DNA of 64,000 bases from Candidatus Bathyarchaeia archaeon (GTDB lineage: Archaea; Thermoproteota; Bathyarchaeia; Bathyarchaeales; Bathycorpusculaceae), in the NCBI GenBank assembly GCA_050012755.1, contig JBEKGO010000004.1, positions 38,681-102,680 on the forward strand, given 5' to 3'. A program made the translations under genes and the position numbers. The notes beneath the pieces were generated by a model. It was not told where the DNA came from. It did not search any database and saw only the letters and a list, made by a program, of their open reading frames with translations. This document shows, in pieces, positions 49,460 to 58,791 of this stretch (position 1 is the first letter of the stretch; each line of letters opens with the position of its first letter).

Positions 49460-50374
49460 TTGTCTGATTATTTGGTTGGCACGGGGGGCTGGGCCTATTT
49501 CAAAGATCCAGGCAAGCCATCACTCAAAGCGTACTCGGGAGTTTTCAATTTTACAGAAGTCAACTACACCTTCTATGAATACCCAAACGTTCGACTGGTT
49601 GAGGGATGGCGAAAAACTGTGCCCAGCGATTTTACTTTTTCGGTTCGTTGCCATCAAGACTTAACCCACAAAATCGGCTTAAAACCCGTCGATAAAGCTT
49701 ATGAGGTGTTTGGTCAAATGGTGACTTATTGCAGGCTGCTTGATTCGCCTTTTCTTGTTTTAGAAACGCCTGCTAGCTATGTCCTTGACCAAAAAGCGGT
49801 CAGCTCTGCGAAGGATTTTCTTGCATCTGTAAATTTGCATGGAGTTAGGCTTGTTTGGGAAAATAGAGCGCCTATGACTGAGCAGAATGTTGACTTGATG
49901 AGGAATTTCAACATAATTCATTGCGTTGATATATCAAGAGAAAAGCCGTCAGACTGGCAAGATATAGGTTATTCAAGGCTCTTTGGTAAAGGCAAACATA
50001 ACATATACCAATTCACCGATCAAGAACTGCAAGAAATCGACAAAAGCGCCCAAGGAAGCAATGCAAAAGTTGTTGCGTTGTCTTATCATGGCGCAAGAAT
50101 GAACACAGATGCCCTGCGATTTAAGGCATATAAGCTAACCGGCGCCTTTCTTCCAGTAACGGCTTATACTGGAGTAGATTCTGCAAGAGCTGTTCTCTCT
50201 GAAGACGCCGTTTTTCCTTCTACAAAGCAATCCCTAATGACTGACCAGGGCTGGAAAGTAGTGGATCTAACGGCTGAAAAAAGAGTTCATCTATCACAAT
50301 TATTATCCAAGATTCCTGAGAAATCTTACTCTTCACTGGAAGAAGTCATCAATTCGATTAAGGCTACTCTATAA
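49460..50374 (+). CDS. DUF72-family protein with C-terminal DUF2795-like extension
   Basis: VGTGGWAY, EVNYTFY; tail FPSTKQSL...IPEKSYSSLEEV. Confidence 0.85.
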   Translation: MSDYLVGTGGWAYFKDPGKPSLKAYSGVFNFTEVNYTFYEYPNVRLVEGWRKTVPSDFTFSVRCHQDLTHKIGLKPVDKAYEVFGQMVTYCRLLDSPFLVLETPASYVLDQKAVSSAKDFLASVNLHGVRLVWENRAPMTEQNVDLMRNFNIIHCVDISREKPSDWQDIGYSRLFGKGKHNIYQFTDQELQEIDKSAQGSNAKVVALSYHGARMNTDALRFKAYKLTGAFLPVTAYTGVDSARAVLSEDAVFPSTKQSLMTDQGWKVVDLTAEKRVHLSQLLSKIPEKSYSSLEEVINSIKATL

Positions 50375-50399
50375 ACAAGCTAAGTTATTGAAACCTTAA

Positions 50400-51011
50400 T
50401 TGATACCGAACAATATTAGTTCCTTGAAGGTTGAGTTTTCAAAAATGAAAATTGATATTGGACCTAAAAACTGCCTTTATCCACTTCCAACAACACTAAT
50501 TGGCGCGTTGGTACATGGCAAACCTAACTTTATTACCATCGCGCATGTGGGCATAATGGATTTAGGCTCCGTTTCTCTTGGAATGAATAAAAACCATTAT
50601 ACAAACTCTGGGATAAAAGAAAACGGCACCTTCAGCGTCAACATTCCATCAGTAAAAATGATCAAAAAGACTGATTATTGCGGTTTGGTTTCAGGAAAAA
50701 CAGAGAACAAGGCTTGGTTGTTCAAGACTTTTTTTGGAAAACTAAAAACTGCCCCGATGATCGAAGAATGCGCAATCAATATGGAATGTGAGTTGATTAG
50801 AACGGTTGATCTCCCAAACTATGACGTTTTCGTGGGCAAGATTGTTACAACTTTTTGCGATGAAGAAGTACTCACAAAAGGCGCAGTCGATTTTGAAAAA
50901 GTGGAACCCATTTTATTTGTTATGAATGACCGTAGCTATTGGAGTCTTGGTAAAAAAATTGCCAAAGCTTGGGATATTGGAAAAGACTTGAAAAATGAAA
51001 CTCAGTCCTGA
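50400..51011 (+). CDS. Flavin reductase / flavoredoxin family protein
   Basis: LYPLP, GKPNF, FSVNIP, DYCGLVSG, APMIEEC; probable start MKIDIG. Confidence 0.9.
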   Translation: MIPNNISSLKVEFSKMKIDIGPKNCLYPLPTTLIGALVHGKPNFITIAHVGIMDLGSVSLGMNKNHYTNSGIKENGTFSVNIPSVKMIKKTDYCGLVSGKTENKAWLFKTFFGKLKTAPMIEECAINMECELIRTVDLPNYDVFVGKIVTTFCDEEVLTKGAVDFEKVEPILFVMNDRSYWSLGKKIAKAWDIGKDLKNETQS

Positions 51012-51024
51012 GTGAGGTTCATCG

Positions 51025-51843
51025 ATGAGTGAATCAAACATTCATCTTGGCACTTCTGGATGGAGCTACAACGAGTGGGAAGGACCCTTCTACCAAAAAG
51101 GAGAAAAACGCAAACTCCTCGCTTACTCGCATGTTTTCAAAATTGTGGAAATAGATTCGACATTTTATCGTAATCCCTCCAAAGGAACTGTAATGGGGTG
51201 GCTAAAATATTCGCCATCCGACTTTGTGTTTACTGCCAAAATGCCTAAGCTAATCACTCATGATAAACGCCTTGGCTTAAAGAGCGATGTAAAAGCCGAT
51301 TTAGAAACCTATTTCGATTTAATGCGCCCTTTGCAACTTGGAGGAAAGCTGGGTTGCTTCCTAATTCAACTTCCGCCAAAGTGCGACTGCAATTTAGAGA
51401 ATCTTGAATCCTTCTTTAGGATGCTTGATCCCCAATTTAGGTATGCAATTGAGTTCCGCAATATTTCTTGGATGAAGAATGAAACTTGGGATTTACTAAA
51501 AAAATATGAGGTCGCTTACACGATTGTTGATGAGCCATTGCTTCCGCCTGAGGCGCATTTGACAGCTGATTTTTCTTATTTCCGTTGGCATGGCAGAGGC
51601 GAAAAAATCTGGTTTGATTATCGATATTCTAAAGAAGAATTGGACAAGTGGGTGCCGAAAATTCAAGAAACCAGCACGAAAATGAAGAAGGTTTACGGTT
51701 TCTTCAATAATCACTTTCACGGATATGCCCCGGAAAACTGCTTGTACCTTCTTGAGAAGCTCGGTTTGTTAACTGAGACTCAGAAAATAATCAAAGATAA
51801 GTCAAGGGTCAAGCAGTCGCAGTTGAGCTCTTTTTTCGGTTAA
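51025..51843 (+). CDS. DUF72-family protein
   Basis: GTSGWSY, VEIDSTFY, LIQLPP, IEFR, YFRWHG, FFNNH. Confidence 0.93.
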   Translation: MSESNIHLGTSGWSYNEWEGPFYQKGEKRKLLAYSHVFKIVEIDSTFYRNPSKGTVMGWLKYSPSDFVFTAKMPKLITHDKRLGLKSDVKADLETYFDLMRPLQLGGKLGCFLIQLPPKCDCNLENLESFFRMLDPQFRYAIEFRNISWMKNETWDLLKKYEVAYTIVDEPLLPPEAHLTADFSYFRWHGRGEKIWFDYRYSKEELDKWVPKIQETSTKMKKVYGFFNNHFHGYAPENCLYLLEKLGLLTETQKIIKDKSRVKQSQLSSFFG

Positions 51844-51851
51844 TTTGTTGA

Positions 51852-52289
51852 TCATCGGCTGGAGTCAGCTAATGGATATCGGGTCATGGCAGCGAGCATT
51901 ATTTCACTGAAGGTTTTTTTGCCAATATGCCTAGCAAAATCGTTAGTGGCAATTATGCCGACTAAAACATTATCCTTTGTAACGGGCAGTCGTCTTATTT
52001 TGTACTTTGCCATTAGCCTTGCTGCGTCCCTGAGCTGGGCATTCTCCTCAATTGTTATTAGCGGTTTTGACATTACTTCAGAGACCTTAATATCAAGCGG
52101 TTTTTTCAAAGCCATCACCCTTCTAACTAAGTCTCTTTCAGTCACAATACCCTTGGCCTCAACACCATCCATCACTACAAGATCACCCACATCTTGTTGA
52201 TGCATCAGCTTTGCAGCTTCAAGCACATTCCTGTTAACCTCAATTGTGATAACATTGTTTGTCATAAAGTCTTTTACAGTTGGCATCAC
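51852..52289 (-). CDS. CBS-pair protein
   Basis: VKDFMT, GIVTERD, IRRLPV. Confidence 0.93.
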   Translation of the reverse strand: MMPTVKDFMTNNVITIEVNRNVLEAAKLMHQQDVGDLVVMDGVEAKGIVTERDLVRRVMALKKPLDIKVSEVMSKPLITIEENAQLRDAARLMAKYKIRRLPVTKDNVLVGIIATNDFARHIGKKTFSEIMLAAMTRYPLADSSR

Positions 52290-52532
52290 TTAAAAAAAGT
52301 GGAAACAACCGTATAAAAGTTTTGCAACATCGCAATTCAGGATTGCAATCAGAATTGGACAGCTTGTTTTCTCTGACGAAACATCGTTTTGGAAAAAAAA
52401 ACAGCATAAACGTCTGACTTCTTTTAAAAAATAAAAATCTAATAAATACAATCTTTATTATTGAAAACAAGATTATTGGTTGATAGTTGAAGATGATTGA
52501 AATAGTCTACCTAAACGGAAGTTGCGACTATT

Positions 52533-53153
52533 ATGTCTGATAGAAAAATGCCAACAGTTTTGGCCATATCGGGTTCTCAGAGAAGCTCCTCTTTTACTGA
52601 GAAAATACTAGATACTTTGCTTAAAGGAATGGGTGGGGTGGAAGTTCACAAGTTTTATCCTCATAAGATGAATATTGGACCCTGCACAAGCTGTTGGAGC
52701 TGCTGGCAAGGAAAAAACAAAGGAGAGTGCGTCCAGAAAGACGATTTTAAATCAATATATAACGTTTACAAAAAGTGTGACTACTTCATTATCGCTGCAC
52801 CAGTATACGTGTTTGGTTTTCCCGCTACTGTAAAAAACGTGATAGATAGGTTCTTTATTAACGCGGAGCATTCCCAGGTTCTAATGGAAAATGGACTAAC
52901 TAATCACCCCCAGCGGTATGAACCTAAGGCAAAAGCTGTCTTGGTTTCGTCCTGTGGTTTTCCAGATATGGAGAATTTTACTCTAATGAGTGAACATTTT
53001 AAGAAGTTTATGATGCATGCTGGATTGACCTGGGCAGGTGAAATTCTAATACCCTCCGCTGGGGCAGCAAACATTCCACATTTGCTTGATGATAACTTTA
53101 AGGCAGTTAATCAAGCTGGCGTTGAACTGGTTAATGGAAAATGCCAGCTTTAA
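52533..53153 (+). CDS. Flavodoxin / NADPH-dependent FMN reductase family (iron-sulfur flavoprotein-like)
   Basis: ISGSQR, CTSCWSC...C..KDD, APVY, KNVIDR, SSCGFP. Confidence 0.88.
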   Translation: MSDRKMPTVLAISGSQRSSSFTEKILDTLLKGMGGVEVHKFYPHKMNIGPCTSCWSCWQGKNKGECVQKDDFKSIYNVYKKCDYFIIAAPVYVFGFPATVKNVIDRFFINAEHSQVLMENGLTNHPQRYEPKAKAVLVSSCGFPDMENFTLMSEHFKKFMMHAGLTWAGEILIPSAGAANIPHLLDDNFKAVNQAGVELVNGKCQL

Positions 53154-53318
53154 AGGAGGGCTAACTGGAAAAGCCAAAACCATTGCTATTGGCATCAAAG
53201 CAATAAGAAACAAAGCTAAGAAAAAGCAGGTTTGATAGGGTTCTTCAAACAATCTATTTGTTGCATGGAAACTTATGCCTCAATGGTTGAGTAAAAAAAG
53301 AAAGCGAGAGTTTGTTGT

Positions 53319-53981
53319 TTATGTTAGTTTTGTGCCGCATTCGCCGCAGAAACTGGTGCCCGCAGGGTTTTTAGCTCCACATTTGGGGCATACTTTCAAT
53401 CCAAGTGGTGCTCCACAATTGTTACAGAATTTCCCTGAACCGGCTGGTTTTCCGCATACTGGACAAAGTGTTTGTCTCTGTGTTATTTCGCCAGTGTAGA
53501 CTTGTGTGGTTTCGGCTTTTTGTTTGATGTCAGCGACCATTTTTTCAGCTCTTGCTGCGGCAACTTCGGTACTTTCTCTTGGGGCGTCTTCAATGCAGAG
53601 TCCTTCTTGTTCGTTCCAGTCGTTTTCGCAGACGTATTTGTGGCATCTTGGGCATCTTTGGAAGTGGCCTTTAGCTTCGTTTTGTGCGAGTTCAAATGCT
53701 TGTTCGTGTTCTTTGTGCCATTCTGGTGTCATTCCTTCGAATCGGTCGCTCATGACGTTTGCGCCTTGTTGAATTGAGTAGCCTCCGCTTCTTCCCGCTA
53801 GTTGTGATCCAATGGAGGCAACTTGCCCTACTCCTTTCCAGAATCCTTTTTTCTTGTAGGTTTTGCTTGCGATGAAGTTTGTTTTGTAGCCGTCGTTGCA
53901 TATATCGCAGTTGAATGTAAATTGGAACCCAGCATCCGTGCTTTCATCTTGATAATTTCGAGTAAAAGGTTGAAGTGGCAT
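53319..53981 (-). CDS. Multi zinc-ribbon protein
   Basis: CDIC, CPRC, and a C-terminal double zinc ribbon of four CxxC. Confidence 0.85.
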   Translation of the reverse strand: MPLQPFTRNYQDESTDAGFQFTFNCDICNDGYKTNFIASKTYKKKGFWKGVGQVASIGSQLAGRSGGYSIQQGANVMSDRFEGMTPEWHKEHEQAFELAQNEAKGHFQRCPRCHKYVCENDWNEQEGLCIEDAPRESTEVAAARAEKMVADIKQKAETTQVYTGEITQRQTLCPVCGKPAGSGKFCNNCGAPLGLKVCPKCGAKNPAGTSFCGECGTKLT

Positions 53982-53987
53982 TTTTTT

Positions 53988-54323
53988 TTAACTCCCTGCT
54001 ATATTTAGGGGCTTACCGCATTTTATGCATTTCTCTCCGAGCGGTGGCTGCTCAGTTTTACATTTTGGACAGATTACTGTGAGTCTTTTACCGCAGTTTT
54101 GGCAATAATCTCCAAAGAACGTTGGCTTACTGCAGTATGGACAGTTTGTTTGAAGTTTTAAGCCGCAGCTGCTGCAATTGACCTGTCCCGTTTCAATTGG
54201 GTTTCGACATTTGGGGCATCTTTGGGGTCCCACTGGATTGACTTTTCCGCAAAAAGGACATACGTTGTCATCAAAACCTACGAGTTTTCCGCAATATTTG
54301 CAAGGATGTTTGTAACCTGGCAT
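53988..54323 (-). CDS. Tandem double-zinc-ribbon protein (8 CxxC in 111 aa)
   Basis: CKYC, CPFC, CPKC, CSSC, CPYC, CQNC, CPKC, CIKC. Confidence 0.85.
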   Translation of the reverse strand: MPGYKHPCKYCGKLVGFDDNVCPFCGKVNPVGPQRCPKCRNPIETGQVNCSSCGLKLQTNCPYCSKPTFFGDYCQNCGKRLTVICPKCKTEQPPLGEKCIKCGKPLNIAGS

Positions 54324-55703
54324 TTACTGGTCTCCTTTGCTCCATTTTTCTTTGTCATCTACACTTTTGGTGTTGAAGGCTAATAAGCTAGTTACATCTG
54401 TTTGCCATTGTTTTTGGGATGCATGAACTACTCTGCCTACAAATTGCTCTCTCAAGGTTTTTAGAGCCGCGATTTTTGCTATTGCGAATCTGTACTGAGT
54501 GTATTCCATGCTGTCAAGCTGGTTTTCTGTAAGATAGATTGGTTCTCTTCTGAAGTTAATTTCGATCATGGATCGGTTTATGTTCTTGATGAAACTATCT
54601 AGTTCTTGGGTCAAATCTTCGTCTTTGGTTTGTGAATATTCTTCTCTTCCTATTTCTCTAAAGAAGTAAGTCGCACCTGTTGGTGCGGGTTTTTGTTCTT
54701 CGTCTGGGGTTTGGTTGGTTTCTTCTTTTGTTTCAGGGTCTTTATTTTCTTCTGTTTTGTCTATGGTGTTGAATGCTTCTAGGGCAATTGTGTTACTTAG
54801 TCTATTTGTTCCTGGGTTGAGAAGTGGAAATAGCATCCATATGTAAGTGCCTGTTAAATCGCCCATAAGTCCGCGTTTTATTCCTACGCAGACCTGGTCT
54901 TTTGCGGCGAGTGAATTTAGAAATTCATATTCTATGGTTATGCCAGCTTCGTCTATTTTTTTGGTTAGACGCCGCCAGAAGTCTGGTGAGTATTGTTCGA
55001 TTTCTTTTCTTTTTGCTGCCTTTCCATCTTTCATTAGATCAGCTAGTTTGTATATTACGGTGGGAGTTGCTTCGGGGATCAGTTCTTTTATGTTTTGTTG
55101 TGTTCTCAGGATCATCTTGTTAATGGCATCTGAGAGTGCTTTTGCGAGAGGGTCAAAGTTTTGTCCAAGCATGGTGAAATCCATTTTTTCTAGGGATTCG
55201 TTTGTTATTGTTAGTTTGTAGTCTTGTTTGTTTACGTTGGTTATGTAGCAGTATGGAAGGCGAATAGGTTCGTTTTTTTGTGGCAGAACTAATATGGCAT
55301 TGTCATAGAGGCGTACTTCGCAGTTTCCGGTTTGACTTGTTTGGCCGTTTGGGTCAAGTTTTGTGTATTTTGCTTGAAAACCGGCTTGGAGAAGTGATTC
55401 TTCCATAAGTAGGTATTTGAGCATGAGTTCATTTCGGAGTTTGAATAATTGGAAGAGAAAGTCTTCGTATTGGTATCCTAAGCCCCAAAGGTTTAGTTTT
55501 TCTTTGGAACTCAAGAGAAGATCAACTTTGTAGTCGTAGTCTGATATTCCAACGATGTCGGTATATGCGAATAACATGGGCTCTCCGAATGAGACGGTTA
55601 AGGTCAGATATTTGTCGTCGAAGGTGGCTCTTGCTTCTCCTTCGTTTTTTATGTTTGACTTGTCGTCGTAGACTTTGTAGTTAACTGCAACTTCCATGTG
55701 CAT
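54324..55703 (-). CDS. Hypothetical protein with two PH-like N-terminal repeats
   Basis: Repeated beta-strand...DYK...LG..(Y/F)(E/D).L + helix unit; abuts the zinc-ribbon genes. Confidence 0.65.
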   Translation of the reverse strand: MHMEVAVNYKVYDDKSNIKNEGEARATFDDKYLTLTVSFGEPMLFAYTDIVGISDYDYKVDLLLSSKEKLNLWGLGYQYEDFLFQLFKLRNELMLKYLLMEESLLQAGFQAKYTKLDPNGQTSQTGNCEVRLYDNAILVLPQKNEPIRLPYCYITNVNKQDYKLTITNESLEKMDFTMLGQNFDPLAKALSDAINKMILRTQQNIKELIPEATPTVIYKLADLMKDGKAAKRKEIEQYSPDFWRRLTKKIDEAGITIEYEFLNSLAAKDQVCVGIKRGLMGDLTGTYIWMLFPLLNPGTNRLSNTIALEAFNTIDKTEENKDPETKEETNQTPDEEQKPAPTGATYFFREIGREEYSQTKDEDLTQELDSFIKNINRSMIEINFRREPIYLTENQLDSMEYTQYRFAIAKIAALKTLREQFVGRVVHASQKQWQTDVTSLLAFNTKSVDDKEKWSKGDQ

Positions 55704-55815
55704 AACCTCTCGTAATTACTTATGTGTTAGTGGGATATCTAATTTTTAGGTTGTTGTATTTTGCGAAAAGGTAGAGGGTTGAGCTGGCACAAATGAAACC
55801 TTAAAAAAATCAGGA

Positions 55816-56577
55816 TTATGACGCCATTTTCTTAAGTGACCTCAAACCCCACAGGAAAACGAGAACTGCGAGGACGCCGATGACTATGAAGCCTTCTAGG
55901 ATTCCTATGTTTTGGAAATTTCCGGCGAATAATGCGCGAGTAGCATCAACTGCATACGAGAATGGGTTAATCTTTGCCAGATCCTGAAGCCAAATAGGCG
56001 CCAATGCGAGAGGAAGGATAATGCCTGAAAGCAGAGAAACAGGCAGTGTGATCGTGTTTAGCGTAGGAGCGAGGGCGTCCTCAATTTTGTAAATAAGAGC
56101 GAAACCGTATGAAATAGATGCCATAGTAATTCCGATCAAGGCATACAGCACCAGAGAGAGCAAAAATCCGGCGACATTGACACTTAAACCAAATGGAATG
56201 GCAACTAAAGTGATCAAAACGCATTGAAGAAGAAGGACAAACGCATCCCTCAAAACTCTGCCTAAAAGAATTGCTGAGCGATTCACTGGAGACACTAAAA
56301 ATCGCTCTATGACTCCAGATCTAATGTCATCAATTAGGGAGAATCCTACAAATGCGGTGCCGAAGAGCGCTTGCAGAACCAAAAGTCCAGGAATGAAAAC
56401 ATCTACTGTTTTTCCAGATGGCAATCCAGGCACACCGCCCAGACCGTTGAGCAGCGGCATAAACAAGAGCAAATACATCAGAGGCTGGAACATGCTCACG
56501 AAAACAAAAACAGGGCTCCGCAGCGTATGCTGCATATTGCGAACAAACATCAATTTTATGTCAGTTAGAGCTTTCAT
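55816..56577 (-). CDS. ABC-2 type exporter permease (DrrB-like)
   Basis: QPLMYL, GVIERFLVSPV, INPFSYAVDA. Confidence 0.93.
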   Translation of the reverse strand: MKALTDIKLMFVRNMQHTLRSPVFVFVSMFQPLMYLLLFMPLLNGLGGVPGLPSGKTVDVFIPGLLVLQALFGTAFVGFSLIDDIRSGVIERFLVSPVNRSAILLGRVLRDAFVLLLQCVLITLVAIPFGLSVNVAGFLLSLVLYALIGITMASISYGFALIYKIEDALAPTLNTITLPVSLLSGIILPLALAPIWLQDLAKINPFSYAVDATRALFAGNFQNIGILEGFIVIGVLAVLVFLWGLRSLKKMAS

Positions 56578-57569
56578 TTTATTATATCCTCCCTCAGTGA
56601 ACGGCCTGTGTACTTTAGGAAGACGTCATCTAGACTTGGCCTAGCCAACATTACGCTTTGCGCTTGTAGGTTTTTTGCGTCGAGCGAGCGCAGTAGTTCA
56701 GGCATCATTTTCTCTCCATCTTTAATGTTTAGATGGACTGAATTGTTTGTAGTTTGAATTTTCTCTACCTTGACCATTTCGGTTAGCAAGGCCTCCGCAT
56801 TATGAGCGGTTTCTTCTGAGAGAAAATTAAAAACAATCGCGTCGCCGCCGACAGAGCTTTTCAACTCCGCCGGAGTTCCAGTGACAATAATTTTTCCGTT
56901 ATCTATAATCGCTATCGTGTCACAGAGTTTGTCAGCTTCATCCATGTATTGAGTGGTTAAAAAGATAGTAACGCCCTCTGCTTTGAGTTTTTTTATTTCT
57001 CCCCACAAATATGCTCTGCTTTGCGGATCAAGCCCTGTTGTCGGCTCATCGAGAAGAAGCAGTTGAGGATGATGAATCATTCCAAGCGCAACATCTAAAC
57101 GGCGTTTTTGACCACCAGAGTAGGACTGCGCGGGTCTGGCTATGAATGAGGTCATCTGGAAGCGCTCCGCGAATTCAGCTGCGTCTTTCTTTGCTGTTGC
57201 ATTATCCACGCCATATAGTTGAGCTTGGAGAACCAGATTCTCTGTACCGGTTGACCCTAGGTCTGCTCCGCCTGCTTGACTGACGCATCCCACATTTTGT
57301 CTAATCTGTTCTTGCTGTTTTGCCAAGTCATATCCAAGAACCTTGGCTTCTCCACTCGTTGGACAAAGCAACGTGGAGAGCATTTTTTGTGTGGTAGATT
57401 TGCCAGCGCCATTTGGACCCAAGAAACCGAAGATTTCTCCTTTCCTAACCGTGAGGTCTATACTTTTAACTGCTTCCACTTCTTTTTTTCCGTTCTTCTT
57501 TCCGCCCCTCTCTTTAGAAATGAAAGTCTTTCGGAGTCCTTTTGTCTCAATTACCAAGTCTCCAGTCAT
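56574..57569 (-). CDS. ABC exporter ATPase (DrrA-like)
   Basis: GPNGAGKS, YSGGQKRR, LLDEPTTGLD, PSLDDVF. Confidence 0.95.
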   Translation of the reverse strand: MTGDLVIETKGLRKTFISKERGGKKNGKKEVEAVKSIDLTVRKGEIFGFLGPNGAGKSTTQKMLSTLLCPTSGEAKVLGYDLAKQQEQIRQNVGCVSQAGGADLGSTGTENLVLQAQLYGVDNATAKKDAAEFAERFQMTSFIARPAQSYSGGQKRRLDVALGMIHHPQLLLLDEPTTGLDPQSRAYLWGEIKKLKAEGVTIFLTTQYMDEADKLCDTIAIIDNGKIIVTGTPAELKSSVGGDAIVFNFLSEETAHNAEALLTEMVKVEKIQTTNNSVHLNIKDGEKMMPELLRSLDAKNLQAQSVMLARPSLDDVFLKYTGRSLREDIIK

Positions 57570-57660
57570 ATCGAGTCACCTATGAACATTAAATCTTATT
57601 TCAAGACGATGTGTTAGGTATTTGCCTTTCGGTGTTTTTCAACTTTCCTTGTATTCTTTC

Positions 57661-58602
57661 TCATTCTATTGTGCATGCGCCTTTGCCTGGCTTTGTGGTG
57701 AAAGCTGTTGCATCGCAACCGACAGATTTGAATCCTTCCTTCATTGCTGCTGCGACCTTGGCTGCATCGGTTTGCTTTCCGTTAACTACTGCAATCACTG
57801 CTGGTCCTGCACCGCTAATGGTTACTCCGCTTGCCCCAGCGTTTAAGGCGTTTTCTTTGACCTTCAGGTATCCTGGGATTAGGAAAGCTCTAGCTGGCTC
57901 AATTATGGAGTCATGCATTGACTTTCCAATCAGTTCTATGTCGTCTGTGGCGAAGCCGCTTGCCATGGCTGCTGCCTGTCCGACGTTATAAATGAGTTTA
58001 TCCAAGGGAATTGTTCTGGGCACGACTAACCGGGCTTTCTCAGTCTTGCTCATTGGCGTATTGATATGTGGGAAAGCTACGCAGCATTCCATGTCTCTGG
58101 GCGCTTTTAGGCAGACGATTTCAATTGGATTGTATGATTTTACAATTACAAAGTCTCCGCAGATAGCGGCTGAAACGTTGTCAGCGTGTTCAGATCCGGC
58201 AGAGGCGACTTCACCTTTGGCGGCAAATTTGACTAATTGTTCGTTGGTCAGGTTTAGGTTAAACATGTGGTTTATGCCGTATGCTACAGCTGCGGCTGAA
58301 GCTGCGCTGCTTCCTAAGCCTTTGCCCGGCCAAATGCCCTTCTGGATCGTTATGTTGAGACCTGTTTTCAGCGAGAACTCTTTTAACATTAGTTTTGCAA
58401 CAACGCCTGCTGTATTCTTCTCAGGTACTGTGGAGATGGTTTGTGCTGAGAGGCCGAAAACTTGAATTTTTAAACCCGTTGTTGTCTGAACCAATTTGAC
58501 TTTGTCGCTTGGCTTTTTTAAGGCTAGTCCGAAAACGTCGAAGCCTGATCCAAGATTGGCGCTTGTGGCAGGCGCTTTCACGATGATCTTGCTGAGCGTC
58601 AT
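57661..58602 (-). CDS. thrB: Homoserine kinase
   Basis: PATSANLGSGFD, GLGSSAAS, HADNV, ISGAGP. Confidence 0.96.
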   Translation of the reverse strand: MTLSKIIVKAPATSANLGSGFDVFGLALKKPSDKVKLVQTTTGLKIQVFGLSAQTISTVPEKNTAGVVAKLMLKEFSLKTGLNITIQKGIWPGKGLGSSAASAAAVAYGINHMFNLNLTNEQLVKFAAKGEVASAGSEHADNVSAAICGDFVIVKSYNPIEIVCLKAPRDMECCVAFPHINTPMSKTEKARLVVPRTIPLDKLIYNVGQAAAMASGFATDDIELIGKSMHDSIIEPARAFLIPGYLKVKENALNAGASGVTISGAGPAVIAVVNGKQTDAAKVAAAMKEGFKSVGCDATAFTTKPGKGACTIE

Positions 58603-58791
58603 TATTTCATCTCAGTTTGGTCGAAACGGTAATTTAATATTCCAGCTAGGAATTGATAGAAGATAATCTGTCATGATTTAAGATAGTTTATGTAGCTTAA
58701 AAAAACTGCTGACACCTAGAACTAATTTACTGTTAATGGTTTCGCAAGAATCGCGTGATGAACATAAAAAAAGGAAGGAAGTTGATGACGA

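Noticed and set aside
56940-56970. Gln instead of His in the ABC ATPase switch (LTTQY)
   Set aside because: A known feature of DrrA-type ATPases
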